37,764 nucleotides of DNA from an uncultured bacterium (GTDB lineage Bacteria > Planctomycetota > UBA1135). Where the stretch lies: assembly GCA_964011335.1 (NCBI GenBank), contig CAXGOF010000001.1, forward strand, positions 1-37,764, given 5' to 3'. The notes beneath the pieces were generated by a model, which worked only from the letters and a program-made list of their open reading frames with translations, did no database searches and had not been told where the DNA came from. Below, one piece after another: positions 16,793-24,685 of this stretch. The translations under genes were made by a program, and so were the position numbers. Within the stretch, counting starts at the first letter, position 1, and every line of letters starts with the position of its first letter.

Positions 16793-17250
16793 TCGTCGTC
16801 TTCAGGATCGTATATCTCATGCGAGCTTTCTTTGGCATTACGCAAACTCTTATAGTGTGCGTTAGCCGCCTCGATGTCGCCTTTATGCAATGCTAACTCT
16901 AGCTCAAGCAGAGTGTCGGCTACAGTCAAGAGTTGCCGCTTGAAATTAATTTCGTACTTAGCTTTTTCAACGCCTGCCTCCCCAGGATAATCGGGGCAAT
17001 ACGGCAGCGCATCAATCGCGAGTTGCTGCATTGCTTGGATGTCTTTAATGCACTTGGCGTGTTGCTCGACTTCGGGAATAGACTTACGCACTGCGCGCAT
17101 GTGGTCTTTCATTTGCTCCATAATCTCTTCGAGCGGCGAGTCGCTATGTTCATAACCTGAATCTCGAGCAAGGTCTTGAGAGAAGGTCATTACGGTAAAG
17201 CCGGCAGCAATTAGGCCAGCAATAAAGAGAGTAGAGAAGAGTTTTGTCAT
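16789..17250 (-). CDS. secreted four-helix-bundle protein, cytochrome b562-like
   Basis: ATG at 17250 gives the signal peptide MTKLFSTLFIAGLIAAGFTVMTFS (the track start at 17313 is a TTG). LEEIMEQMKDHM aligns with the b562 N-terminus LEDNMETLNDNL (Met ligand). C-terminal AHYKSLRNAKESSHEIY aligns with LKTTRNAYHQKY (His ligand). Confidence 0.5.
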   Translation of the reverse strand: MTKLFSTLFIAGLIAAGFTVMTFSQDLARDSGYEHSDSPLEEIMEQMKDHMRAVRKSIPEVEQHAKCIKDIQAMQQLAIDALPYCPDYPGEAGVEKAKYEINFKRQLLTVADTLLELELALHKGDIEAANAHYKSLRNAKESSHEIYDPEDDD

Positions 17251-17415
17251 ACTGAAAAAGGCCGCCAAAGGTTCGCCGCTTATCAAGTTCAACCCCCACG
17301 GTGTCCATGACAAACTAGAATCTTTGACGGGCCAGAATTGCTGATTATCAGCACTCTGGTGTAACCCTTATTGTATCAGTTCTCGGGCGCTTGCGCTCAG
17401 CATATATGCGATGCG

Positions 17416-17453
17416 AAAAAAAGGTTAGAGTGGCCTTTGAGTCCGCTCTAACC
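17416..17453 (-). terminator. rho-independent terminator downstream of the selenoprotein gene
   Basis: An 11-bp stem GGTTAGAG(C/T)GG pairs 17423..17433 with 17443..17453 (one G-U pair) around a 9-nt loop. On the minus strand it is followed by TTTTTTT (17422..17416). Confidence 0.6.
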
Positions 17454-17489
17454 TTATATCTCGGTGGCGCCTGGACGCGCCAAATCTTT

Positions 17490-18512
17490 TTAGAAGTCCG
17501 ACTCTGCTTCGCCAGCTTCTTCAAGAATTCCGTCAACAACTTCTTGCATGCGTTCGTCGAGTCCGCCTAAATCAGTTGCACGTTGCGCCCACACTTTGGC
17601 GTTGGCTTCGTCCTCTAAGTACTGGGCACAAAAGAATGCACATGTAATATAAATGGAGCGTGAGTCTTCATCTGCAGTAACGTTGCCCGTGGCATGCAGC
17701 TTTTCTGCAAGATCCACAAAGACAGGCAGGTCTTCTATCGAACCCAAAGAGTTCATCTTGCTAATGACAACCATCACCATCAATCCGTGTTCGTTTTTCG
17801 GATCCCAATCCGCGACAAGTTTAATGTCGTCTTCATTAGCGCCTGTCGCCATAACGGCAGCTCGAAGAAGATCGATCTTTACCGCAGGCTCTTGAGTCAG
17901 TGCAATACCTTGACGGACGATAGCAGCATATCCAGCAATTGCTGGTGAGCCGGCTTCCATCTTGCTAAGTTCGCCAGCGGCGCGAACGGCAACAGCAACC
18001 TTGTCTTCTGCAGCAGCAAACTCGGCCTCGAGTTCGCGCACAGCTACCAGTGCTTTTTTGCCTGTATCACGAATGGCGGCAACATCAGCCAAATAGTCGG
18101 CAGGGTCGAGGTCTTTGTAGCCTGTTTGGCCATAAGCCTCGCCTATAGCACTGACAATCATTACGGTGGGGAAGCCCTGAACACCATATTTCGCCATTAA
18201 CTCGTCGTTGCGCTGTGGGTTTGGCACAGCCGCCTTGGCCTCTTCTCCTTGTGGGAAATCAAGTGAAACCAAAACAAAATCATTCTGGGCTGCAGTGTAA
18301 AATTCACTGTGCACGAAAACACGTTCATGCAGTTTTGTGCACCAACTTCACCAGTCTGAGCCGGTAAAATCGACAATCATGTCGCGGCCAGTTTCGGCAG
18401 CGACGGCAGCTGCTTCATCGAAGTCAGCATACCATTTGGCGCCATGCTCTTCTTGAGCTATGGCAGCGGATGAGCCTGCAACTAGCAGGGCAAGGGTGAG
18501 AATTTTTTTCAT
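17490..18512 (-). CDS. secreted thioredoxin-fold protein with predicted selenocysteine (U-S-W-C active site; TGA at 18348..18350 recoded), plus ~230-aa acidic helical C-terminal extension
   Basis: The frame of track ORF 17490..18314 stays open upstream through a single TGA to the ATG at 18512..18510. Translation: MKKILTLALLVAGSSAAIAQEEHGAKWYADFDEAAAVAAETGRDMIVDFTGSDW[TGA]SWCTKLHERVFVHSEFY... It has a signal peptide. The TGA occupies the first Cys of the Thioredoxin_7/DUF255-type ...DW-C-x-W-C-x-x-L... motif, and a hairpin follows immediately downstream. Confidence 0.7.
18309..18342 (-). promoter_or_regulatory. candidate bacterial SECIS hairpin
   Basis: mRNA positions +9..+42 from the U of UGA read GUGCACAAAAC-UGCAUGAACGU-GUUUU-C-GUGCAC. 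That gives 6 bp + 5 bp of stem with one bulged C, possibly extended by a U-G and a G-C pair with a bulged U. The apical loop lies about 20-27 nt after the UGA. Confidence 0.45.
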
Positions 18513-18581
18513 GTTAGTTTTACAAGGGCACAGCGCCCGATTGCAATAGATACGCTAAGAAATCCGGCATGTTAGCGCAAT

Positions 18582-18610
18582 AAAAAAAGCCACTAGCCGT
18601 GAGGCTAGTG
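18582..18610 (-). terminator. rho-independent terminator after tRNA-Asn
   Basis: An 8-bp stem CACTAGCC/GGCTAGTG (18591..18598 with 18603..18610) has a 4-nt loop. On the minus strand it is followed by GCTTTTTTT (18590..18582). Confidence 0.6.
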
Positions 18611-18620
18611 ACTTTTGATT

Positions 18621-18696
18621 TGGCTCCTCGAACAGGACTTGAACCTGTGACAAGCTGATTAACAGTCAGCTGCTCTACCAACTGAGCTATCGAGGA
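18621..18696 (-). tRNA. tRNA-Asn (anticodon GTT), CCA encoded
   Basis: The reverse complement is TCCTCGATAGCTCAGTTGGTAGAGCAGCTGACTGTTAATCAGCTTGTCACAGGTTCAAGTCCTGTTCGAGGAGCCA. It folds as a cloverleaf: acceptor TCCTCGA/TCGAGGA, D stem GCTC/GAGC, anticodon stem GCTGA/TCAGC with loop CTGTTAA, and T stem ACAGG/CCTGT with TTCAAGT. Confidence 0.95.
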
Positions 18697-18745
18697 ATTA
18701 TGGAGGCGAAGTATAGCGGAAAATGCGCCCCTTGACTACAGGAAA

Positions 18746-19246
18746 TTATGCAGACAGACGAATAATTGAGTTTAGCAAGCGTTTCAGGTTAGGAGTCGAG
18801 GCATCCGGAGCTAGGATGGCATCTACACCGCTTTTATTGAGGCCGCTGAATGTGAAGCCATGTGTCGCATCAGCCATCAGGATTACCTTTGGCGGATGAA
18901 TTAAATGCAAGCACAGCGCAGAGCTAATGTTCAAGCAGTTACGGCTGTTGCCGTTTGACTCGACTAGCAGTAAATCGAACGCCAGGCCGCTTCCTTCCGC
19001 GTGGTGCAGCATGGCTGCTGCTCCCGAAGCGCATTGGCTGAATTGCGCCTCTATTCGTAATTCACGCAATTGCTGCGGAAGAGAGGTGCAACCCCATGCA
19101 TGCTCGCGCAAAACTAGCGCGCGCATTCCTGAAAAATTGGGGAACAGCAAGCCCGTTGCAAGGCTTTTTGAACTCGAGGCATTATCGCCTGCGGGTGTAT
19201 TGTTGAAGAGTGTATCCATTGGGCTCCTCTTTATCGGCCAGCCCAC
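18746..19246 (-). CDS. hypothetical protein, possibly a degenerate CheY-like receiver domain
   Basis: GTG-initiated ORF (an ATG at codon 10 is an alternative) co-directional with accD. Its beta-alpha pattern MRALVLRE / FDLLLVESNG / PKVILMAD / GVDAILAPD resembles a receiver domain, but the phospho-acceptor Asp column is Glu and the conserved Lys is absent. Confidence 0.35.
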   Translation of the reverse strand: MGWPIKRSPMDTLFNNTPAGDNASSSKSLATGLLFPNFSGMRALVLREHAWGCTSLPQQLRELRIEAQFSQCASGAAAMLHHAEGSGLAFDLLLVESNGNSRNCLNISSALCLHLIHPPKVILMADATHGFTFSGLNKSGVDAILAPDASTPNLKRLLNSIIRLSA

Positions 19247-19262
19247 CGGAATACTTGAATTT

Positions 19263-20090
19263 TTATGCGCGACGCTTGGCGCCTATGTATTCGAGCAGTA
19301 AAGCTAGTTTGGCGCGCATTTCAGAACGTGAGACAATACAGTCGACTTGACCGTGTTCTAGCAGAAACTCGGAACGCTGGAAGCCCTCAGGCAAATCTTG
19401 GCGAATCGTGTTTTGAATGACTCTCGGACCCGCAAAGCCTATTAGAGCTTCGGGTTCGGCGATAGTGAAGTCGCAAACCATAGCGAACGAGGCAGTCACT
19501 CCACCTGTAGTCGGGTTTGTCAGCACAGAAATGGACAGCCCGCCAGCCTCTGAAAACTTCTTTAATGCACCACAAGTCTTCGCCATTTGCATCAACGAAA
19601 TAGCCCCTTCGTGCATGCGTGCGCCACCAGATGCCGAGTAGATAATCATTGGGCAATTGTTCTCGGTAGCAAGTTCAACAGTGCGTGTGATTTTTTCGCC
19701 TACAACCTCTCCCATAGATCCACCCATGAAAGTGAAATCGAGAACGGCCATGGCGACCTGCTTGCCGCCAATCTCGCATAGCCCTGCTAGGCATGCATCA
19801 GAGTTACCAGTGCGCTCTTGAGCCTTAGCGATTTTCTCGGAGTAGGGGACGCTGTCGACAAAGTCGAGGCGATCTTCTGGTTTAAGCTCTGTGAAATGCT
19901 CGTTGAAAGTTCCTGGGTCGACAGTTATTTCAATACGCTTGCGCGCGCTGATAGTACTATGAAAATTACATTCGGTGCACACATACAAATTCTGCTCGAG
20001 TTCTTTCGAGTAAATCATCTTGCCACACGACTTGCACTTGCTGAACAAGCCACCCGGTACGTCTTTCTTCTTACGAATGCGAAATGCCAT
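19263..20090 (-). CDS. accD: acetyl-CoA carboxylase carboxyltransferase subunit beta
   Basis: N-terminal zinc ribbon CKSCGKMIYSKELEQNLYVCTECNFH followed by the carboxyltransferase domain (FMGGSMG, SGGARMHEG). Confidence 0.92.
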   Translation of the reverse strand: MAFRIRKKKDVPGGLFSKCKSCGKMIYSKELEQNLYVCTECNFHSTISARKRIEITVDPGTFNEHFTELKPEDRLDFVDSVPYSEKIAKAQERTGNSDACLAGLCEIGGKQVAMAVLDFTFMGGSMGEVVGEKITRTVELATENNCPMIIYSASGGARMHEGAISLMQMAKTCGALKKFSEAGGLSISVLTNPTTGGVTASFAMVCDFTIAEPEALIGFAGPRVIQNTIRQDLPEGFQRSEFLLEHGQVDCIVSRSEMRAKLALLLEYIGAKRRA

Positions 20091-20748
20091 CTTTATATTC
20101 TACCTTATTGTGTAGTTCTTGGAGCGCCTCTGGCATGGAATCAGCACCATAGAGGTAGCTTCCAGCGACAAACACATTGGCGCCGGCCGCGAGGCATGGG
20201 CCAATCGTTTTATTGCTAATACCACCATCGATTTGGATATCGCCATCGTATCCCCATTCGCGCAGTTGACTGATTTTGCTGAGGACTTCTGGCATAAAGC
20301 TTTGACCGCCGAAACCAGCGTTGACTGACATGATTAACACCATGTCGATGTCTTTGAGGTATGATTTTAGAACTTTAACACCGCAAGGTGGATTTAAGGC
20401 TACGCCTACTTTGCAGCCAGTATCTTTGAACTGGTTTAAGGTAGCCTCAAAGTTGTCGGCCGCCGCTTCGTAGTGAAAGCTGAGGATGTCTGCGCCTGCT
20501 TTGGCGTAGATGTCTGCCCATTCACCAGGATTCTCGATCATCAGATGAACGTCGAGCGGGATGCCCGCCACTTTCTTTATGGATTGAACGACGGGAGGAC
20601 CAATCGACAAATTCGGTACGAAGTGGCCGTCCATCACGTCGACGTGATGCCAGTCAGCTCCCGCAGCTTCGGCGCGCGCCAGCTCGGACTTCAGGTTAGT
20701 GAAATCGGAGGCTAACAGAGAAGGGGCGACGCGAATCGGTAATAGCAT
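20071..20748 (-). CDS. rpe: ribulose-phosphate 3-epimerase
   Basis: APSLLASDF, HVDVMDGHFVPN, DVHLMI, MSVNAGFGGQSF and QIDGGI are Rpe signatures. The 3' end overlaps accD by 20 nt. Confidence 0.92.
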   Translation of the reverse strand: MLLPIRVAPSLLASDFTNLKSELARAEAAGADWHHVDVMDGHFVPNLSIGPPVVQSIKKVAGIPLDVHLMIENPGEWADIYAKAGADILSFHYEAAADNFEATLNQFKDTGCKVGVALNPPCGVKVLKSYLKDIDMVLIMSVNAGFGGQSFMPEVLSKISQLREWGYDGDIQIDGGISNKTIGPCLAAGANVFVAGSYLYGADSMPEALQELHNKVEYKDGISHS

Positions 20749-20784
20749 TGTAAAAGTTTAGCAGAGACGGTTACTCTATAGGGG

Positions 20785-21072
20785 ATGAATTGGTTGATAC
20801 CATCGTTGTTTGAGCGCTACCTGGCCTTTTTTGATGCTAGTCCTGCCTGGGCTGTGCTGGCGGCGATTGTCGTTATTTTCGCTTTGCTCATGCTAATGAG
20901 AGTTGCAATCAAGTTGTTTCTACTGCTGTTGGCAATAGTTGCGCTGGTACTCGTTGCTTCATATTTTATTAACGGTGAAGATCAGACCAACGATGCCATA
21001 CGCCAAGGTGCTGGCCAATCATCAGAAATGATCAATAAGCACCTTGATAAAGCTGAGCCTAAAGGCGGTTAA
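20785..21072 (+). CDS. small hypothetical membrane protein (two predicted TM helices)
   Basis: ATG ORF with hydrophobic segments AWAVLAAIVVIFALLMLM and LFLLLLAIVALVLVASYF and a hydrophilic tail. No recognised family. Confidence 0.45.
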   Translation: MNWLIPSLFERYLAFFDASPAWAVLAAIVVIFALLMLMRVAIKLFLLLLAIVALVLVASYFINGEDQTNDAIRQGAGQSSEMINKHLDKAEPKGG

Positions 21073-22083
21073 TTAAAACGCCTCGTCGAAAGCGACATCA
21101 CCTTCGACTCCAACTTGGTAAGCCGAGACACGGCGCTCAAAGAAGTTGGATAGCTCTTGAACGTCTTGCAACTCCATGAACTTGAAAGGATTCTTGCTGC
21201 CGTAGTGGTGCTTCATGCCGAGGTTTTGTAAACGCTGGTCAGCGCAGAACTCGAGGTAAGTACGCATATCAGCGATAGATAAACCAGGGACTCCCTCTTG
21301 GAGGAGGTCGGTAGCGAATGTCATCTCACACTCAAGCGCTTCCTCCATCATTTCGATTACTTGAAGACGCATTTCGTCATCAAACAAGTGCGGGTATTCT
21401 TCGCGCACTGTTGCAACGACTTCAAAAGCAAACTCCATATGACAAGACTCGTCGCGGAATACCCAGTTGGTGCCTGAGGCAAGACCGTTAAGAAGTCCCT
21501 TGGAGCGCAAGAAGTAAACATAGGCGAAAGCGGCGAAGAAGAACATCCCTTCAATGCAACCGGCGAAACAGATCAGATTCAACAAGAAAGAGCGGCGGTC
21601 GTCGTCATTCTTGATCTCTTCAAGCTCGCTGATAGACCCCATCCATTTGAAGCAGAAGTCGGCCTTCTTCTTAATGGAAGGGATGTTGTGAATCGCGGCA
21701 AACGCTTCATTGCGCTCTTCAGGCTCGGGGATGTAAGTATCTAGAAGAGTCAGGTAAAATTGCACATGCAACGCCTCTTCGTAAAGTTGGCGCGACAGGT
21801 ACAGGCGACCTTCCGGAGAGTTGATGTGCTTGTAAAGATTCAGCACAAGATTATTAGAGACGATTGCATCGCCAGTCGCAAAGAATGCAACCAAGCGTTG
21901 AATCAAATGACGCTCGCTTTCAGAAACTTTTTCGCGCAGGTCAACGATGTCTGTTGAGAAATCGACTTCGTCAACCGTCCACGTATTTTTGATAGCATCT
22001 TTGTACATGTCGTAGAACAAAGGATAGCGCATTGGGCGAAGGGTTAATTCGAAGCCCGGATCAAGGATTGAGTTTTTACGCAT
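21073..22083 (-). CDS. nrdB: class I ribonucleotide reductase small (beta) subunit
   Basis: Di-iron ligand motifs EALHVQFY and ESCHMEF, plus the conserved C-terminal tail. It lies directly downstream of nrdA. Confidence 0.9.
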   Translation of the reverse strand: MRKNSILDPGFELTLRPMRYPLFYDMYKDAIKNTWTVDEVDFSTDIVDLREKVSESERHLIQRLVAFFATGDAIVSNNLVLNLYKHINSPEGRLYLSRQLYEEALHVQFYLTLLDTYIPEPEERNEAFAAIHNIPSIKKKADFCFKWMGSISELEEIKNDDDRRSFLLNLICFAGCIEGMFFFAAFAYVYFLRSKGLLNGLASGTNWVFRDESCHMEFAFEVVATVREEYPHLFDDEMRLQVIEMMEEALECEMTFATDLLQEGVPGLSIADMRTYLEFCADQRLQNLGMKHHYGSKNPFKFMELQDVQELSNFFERRVSAYQVGVEGDVAFDEAF

Positions 22084-22088
22084 AACTG

Positions 22089-24491
22089 TTATTGGCAGGC
22101 GTCGCAGGATTCAGGGTTTTCTAAAGAGCAAGCCAGTGCTTCGTCGGCAGTGTATTGCTTGACTGGTTCAGCCGCATTACCCGCGTCACTGCCATCGGTC
22201 TGGCGAATGCGCGTCGCTGGGCGCGAACGCAAATAGTAGGTAGTTTTGACTCCTTGCTCCCAGGCATACATGTACATCGAAGACATTTTACCTATGCTTG
22301 GTGACTCCATGAACAAGTTCAGTGATTGAGACTGATCAATGTAAGCGCCGCGGTCGGCAGCCATGTCAATTAGAGACTTCATGGGGATTTCCCAGGCGGT
22401 GCGGTAAAGCTGTTTCATCTCGTCAGGGATGACATCAACATCCTGAATGGAGCCTTCGGCTTTCTTGATTGCTGCACGAACTTCTTCGGTCCAGAGACCT
22501 TTTTCCTGAAGATCGGCGACAAGGTAGTTATTGATTTGGATGAAATCACCAGACAAAGTTTCGCGCTTAAACAAGTTTGAAACTTGTGGCTCAACGCATT
22601 CGTAACAGCCACTAATTGTAGCGATTGTCGCAGTTGGCGCAATCGCAATCATTAGTGAGTTGCGCAGCCCGTGCTCGACGATGCTCTTGCGTAGTTCTTC
22701 GAAACGACCATTGTCGCTCGGAGTCACGCCCCACAGATCAAATTGCAAATCTCCTTTAGCGGCGCGAGTCTCGGCAAAAGCTTCGTGCGCCCCGTTTTTG
22801 ATGGCCAATTCGTTAGAAGCCTTAAGAGCGTGGTAGTAAATATGCTCTTGTATGCGCTTTGACAAATCTTTAGCCTCAGGACTATCGAATGGCATGCGCA
22901 GCTTAAAGTAAGCGTCTTGCAGGCCCATCATGCCGAAACCAACTGGTCGCCAGCGTGAGTTTGAGGCTGCCGCGTCTTCTGTTGGGTAGAAGTTGATGTC
23001 GATAACGCGGTCAAGAAAAGTAACTGCGCGCTCAACGATTTGGCCGATGCGGTCGAAATCGACAGCGCCATTCTTAACCATGCGGCCCAGATTGATTGAT
23101 CCAAGATTGCATACCGCGGTTTCTTTCTCTGAGGTTACTTCAAGAATCTCAGTGCACAAGTTGGAGAGGTGAATAGTGTTGTTTGGCTGGCCTGTTTGGT
23201 TCGCTTTAGTATTACAGCTATCTTTAAATGTCATCCAGCCATTGCCCGTTTGTGCCAAGGTGCGCATCATGCGGGAGTACAGGTCGCGAGCTGGAATAAC
23301 TTCTCGAGCGAGTCCAGCCTCTTCGGCGCGGGCGTACTCTTTGTCGAACTCTTCACCGAAAATATCTACAAAGTGCGGCACATCTTTAGGGTCGAACAAC
23401 GACCATTCTCCTCCGTCCTTAACACGTTGCATGAATAAGTCCGGCACCCAGTTTGCAAGGTTGAGATTGTGCGTGCGGCGCATTTCATCACCAGTGTTAT
23501 CTCGCAGCTCTAAGAATTCAAGAATGTCAGCGTGCCATGTCTCGAGGTAAACACATGCCGCGCCCTTGCGGCGCCCGCCTTGATTGACTGCAGCGATTGA
23601 TGCGTCGAGTGTGTTCAAAAACGGGATGATTCCGTTTGATTTGCCGTTCGTTCCGCGAATCAAGGAACCTTTAGCGCGTACGCGTGAGTAAGACAAGCCG
23701 ATGCCGCCCGCATATTTTGATAGACGCGCGATGTCTTTGTAGCGATTGTAGATAGAATCGAGACTGTCTTGTGGAGAGTCAAGTAAGTAGCAAGAGCTTA
23801 GCTGAGTACGACAAGTAGCCGAGTTGAACAAAGTAGGGGAGGAAGGCATATACTCGAGCGAGCTAATCAAGTTGTAAAACTCAATCGCCTCATTTGGAGT
23901 TTCGGCCAAGCCACAAGCAACACGCATAAAGAAGTACTGAGGAATTTCTGTTACCATGCGCGTGTGCGGATCTTTAAGCAGGTAGCGATCGTAAACCGTA
24001 CGCAGCCCGAAATACTGAAACAACTTACCACGCTCTTTGTCGATAGCGTCATTAAGTTTGCGGCGATTAGCGCGGACGAAATCAAAAACGTGATCGTTGA
24101 CTAACCCTTGTTCGTGACCATAACGAATAGACTGAGAGAAGGATTGAATATCTCTGTTACGCACCTCTTTGCCGATAAAAGTATTAAACATGCGTGCTGC
24201 TAATTGCGAATATTCAGGTTCTGTCGCAATATAAGAAGCAGCGGTTTGAATAGCCAGTTGGTCGAGCTCGGCAGTGGTGGCGCCATCGTAGATGCCAGAT
24301 ATTGTGCGTGTTGCAACAATCATCGGGTCGACTTTTGTTAGGTCGTTGCTGTGTAGCTGAATAGCGCGTACGATTTTGTTGAGGTCGACGGGTTCAAAGC
24401 TGCCGTTGCGCTTTTCGATGCGCATTCCTACGCTTGAACCAGTGTCTTCGGCTGTTTTTTGCTCAGCCACTGCAGTTTCGGTCTCGTGCAT
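22089..24491 (-). CDS. nrdA: class I ribonucleoside-diphosphate reductase large (alpha) subunit
   Basis: N-terminal ATP-cone (RIEKRNGSFEPVDLNKIVRAI), active-site NLCTEI, TIATISG, and a C-terminal Cys pair (CDAC). Confidence 0.95.
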   Translation of the reverse strand: MHETETAVAEQKTAEDTGSSVGMRIEKRNGSFEPVDLNKIVRAIQLHSNDLTKVDPMIVATRTISGIYDGATTAELDQLAIQTAASYIATEPEYSQLAARMFNTFIGKEVRNRDIQSFSQSIRYGHEQGLVNDHVFDFVRANRRKLNDAIDKERGKLFQYFGLRTVYDRYLLKDPHTRMVTEIPQYFFMRVACGLAETPNEAIEFYNLISSLEYMPSSPTLFNSATCRTQLSSCYLLDSPQDSLDSIYNRYKDIARLSKYAGGIGLSYSRVRAKGSLIRGTNGKSNGIIPFLNTLDASIAAVNQGGRRKGAACVYLETWHADILEFLELRDNTGDEMRRTHNLNLANWVPDLFMQRVKDGGEWSLFDPKDVPHFVDIFGEEFDKEYARAEEAGLAREVIPARDLYSRMMRTLAQTGNGWMTFKDSCNTKANQTGQPNNTIHLSNLCTEILEVTSEKETAVCNLGSINLGRMVKNGAVDFDRIGQIVERAVTFLDRVIDINFYPTEDAAASNSRWRPVGFGMMGLQDAYFKLRMPFDSPEAKDLSKRIQEHIYYHALKASNELAIKNGAHEAFAETRAAKGDLQFDLWGVTPSDNGRFEELRKSIVEHGLRNSLMIAIAPTATIATISGCYECVEPQVSNLFKRETLSGDFIQINNYLVADLQEKGLWTEEVRAAIKKAEGSIQDVDVIPDEMKQLYRTAWEIPMKSLIDMAADRGAYIDQSQSLNLFMESPSIGKMSSMYMYAWEQGVKTTYYLRSRPATRIRQTDGSDAGNAAEPVKQYTADEALACSLENPESCDACQ

Positions 24492-24552
24492 TATTGTTCT
24501 CGTATAAGAGTGAATTATTAGTTAGAAGGGGGGCGATAGTAGCCGTCATGAA

Positions 24553-24599
24553 CCACAATATGTAGTGCGCGAGCTATATGCAAACACATTTTATAGTGT
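24553..24599. promoter_or_regulatory. tandem NrdR boxes upstream of nrdA
   Basis: cCACAATATGTAGTGc (24553..24568) and ACACATTTTATAGTGT (24584..24599) both fit the 16-bp NrdR palindrome acaCwAtATaTwGtgt. Their starts are 31 bp apart (about three helical turns), as is typical. A TATACT -10-like hexamer (minus strand, 24627..24622) lies just upstream. Confidence 0.7.
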
Positions 24600-24685
24600 T
24601 TTTTAGGACAAGTCGCAAGCCTAGTATACGGGCAAAGCGCCAGGGGGGGCTTGGGGCTATTCTTTCGCTGGGTGCTCGGGAAAAA

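Noticed and set aside
17490-18512. Alternative reading: the TGA marks a pseudogene or two separate genes
   Set aside because: This is less likely. There is a single stop, no frameshift, and it sits exactly on the catalytic Cys column. The upstream part has a proper ATG and signal peptide but no domain of its own. The downstream part would lack both the signal peptide and the active site. A stable hairpin follows the TGA. The reading cannot be excluded without the rest of the genome (sel genes).
18621-18696. Could the tRNA beside the selenoprotein be tRNA-Sec (selC)?
   Set aside because: The anticodon loop is CTGTTAA (GTT, Asn). The molecule is a standard 76 nt with a 7-bp acceptor stem and a short variable arm, not the UCA anticodon, 8-bp acceptor stem and long variable arm of tRNA-Sec. 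I also saw no integrase or repeat of the tRNA 3' end nearby, so there is no sign of an island insertion.
18927-19301. 124-aa plus-strand ORF overlapping the accD 3' end
   Set aside because: It overlaps the end of accD and has junk-like composition. The minus-strand ORF is co-directional with its neighbours and has more protein-like periodicity, although it too is a low-confidence call.
20071-20090. 20-nt overlap between the rpe 3' end and the accD start
   Set aside because: This is an ordinary operon overlap. It needs no frameshift or recoding signal.
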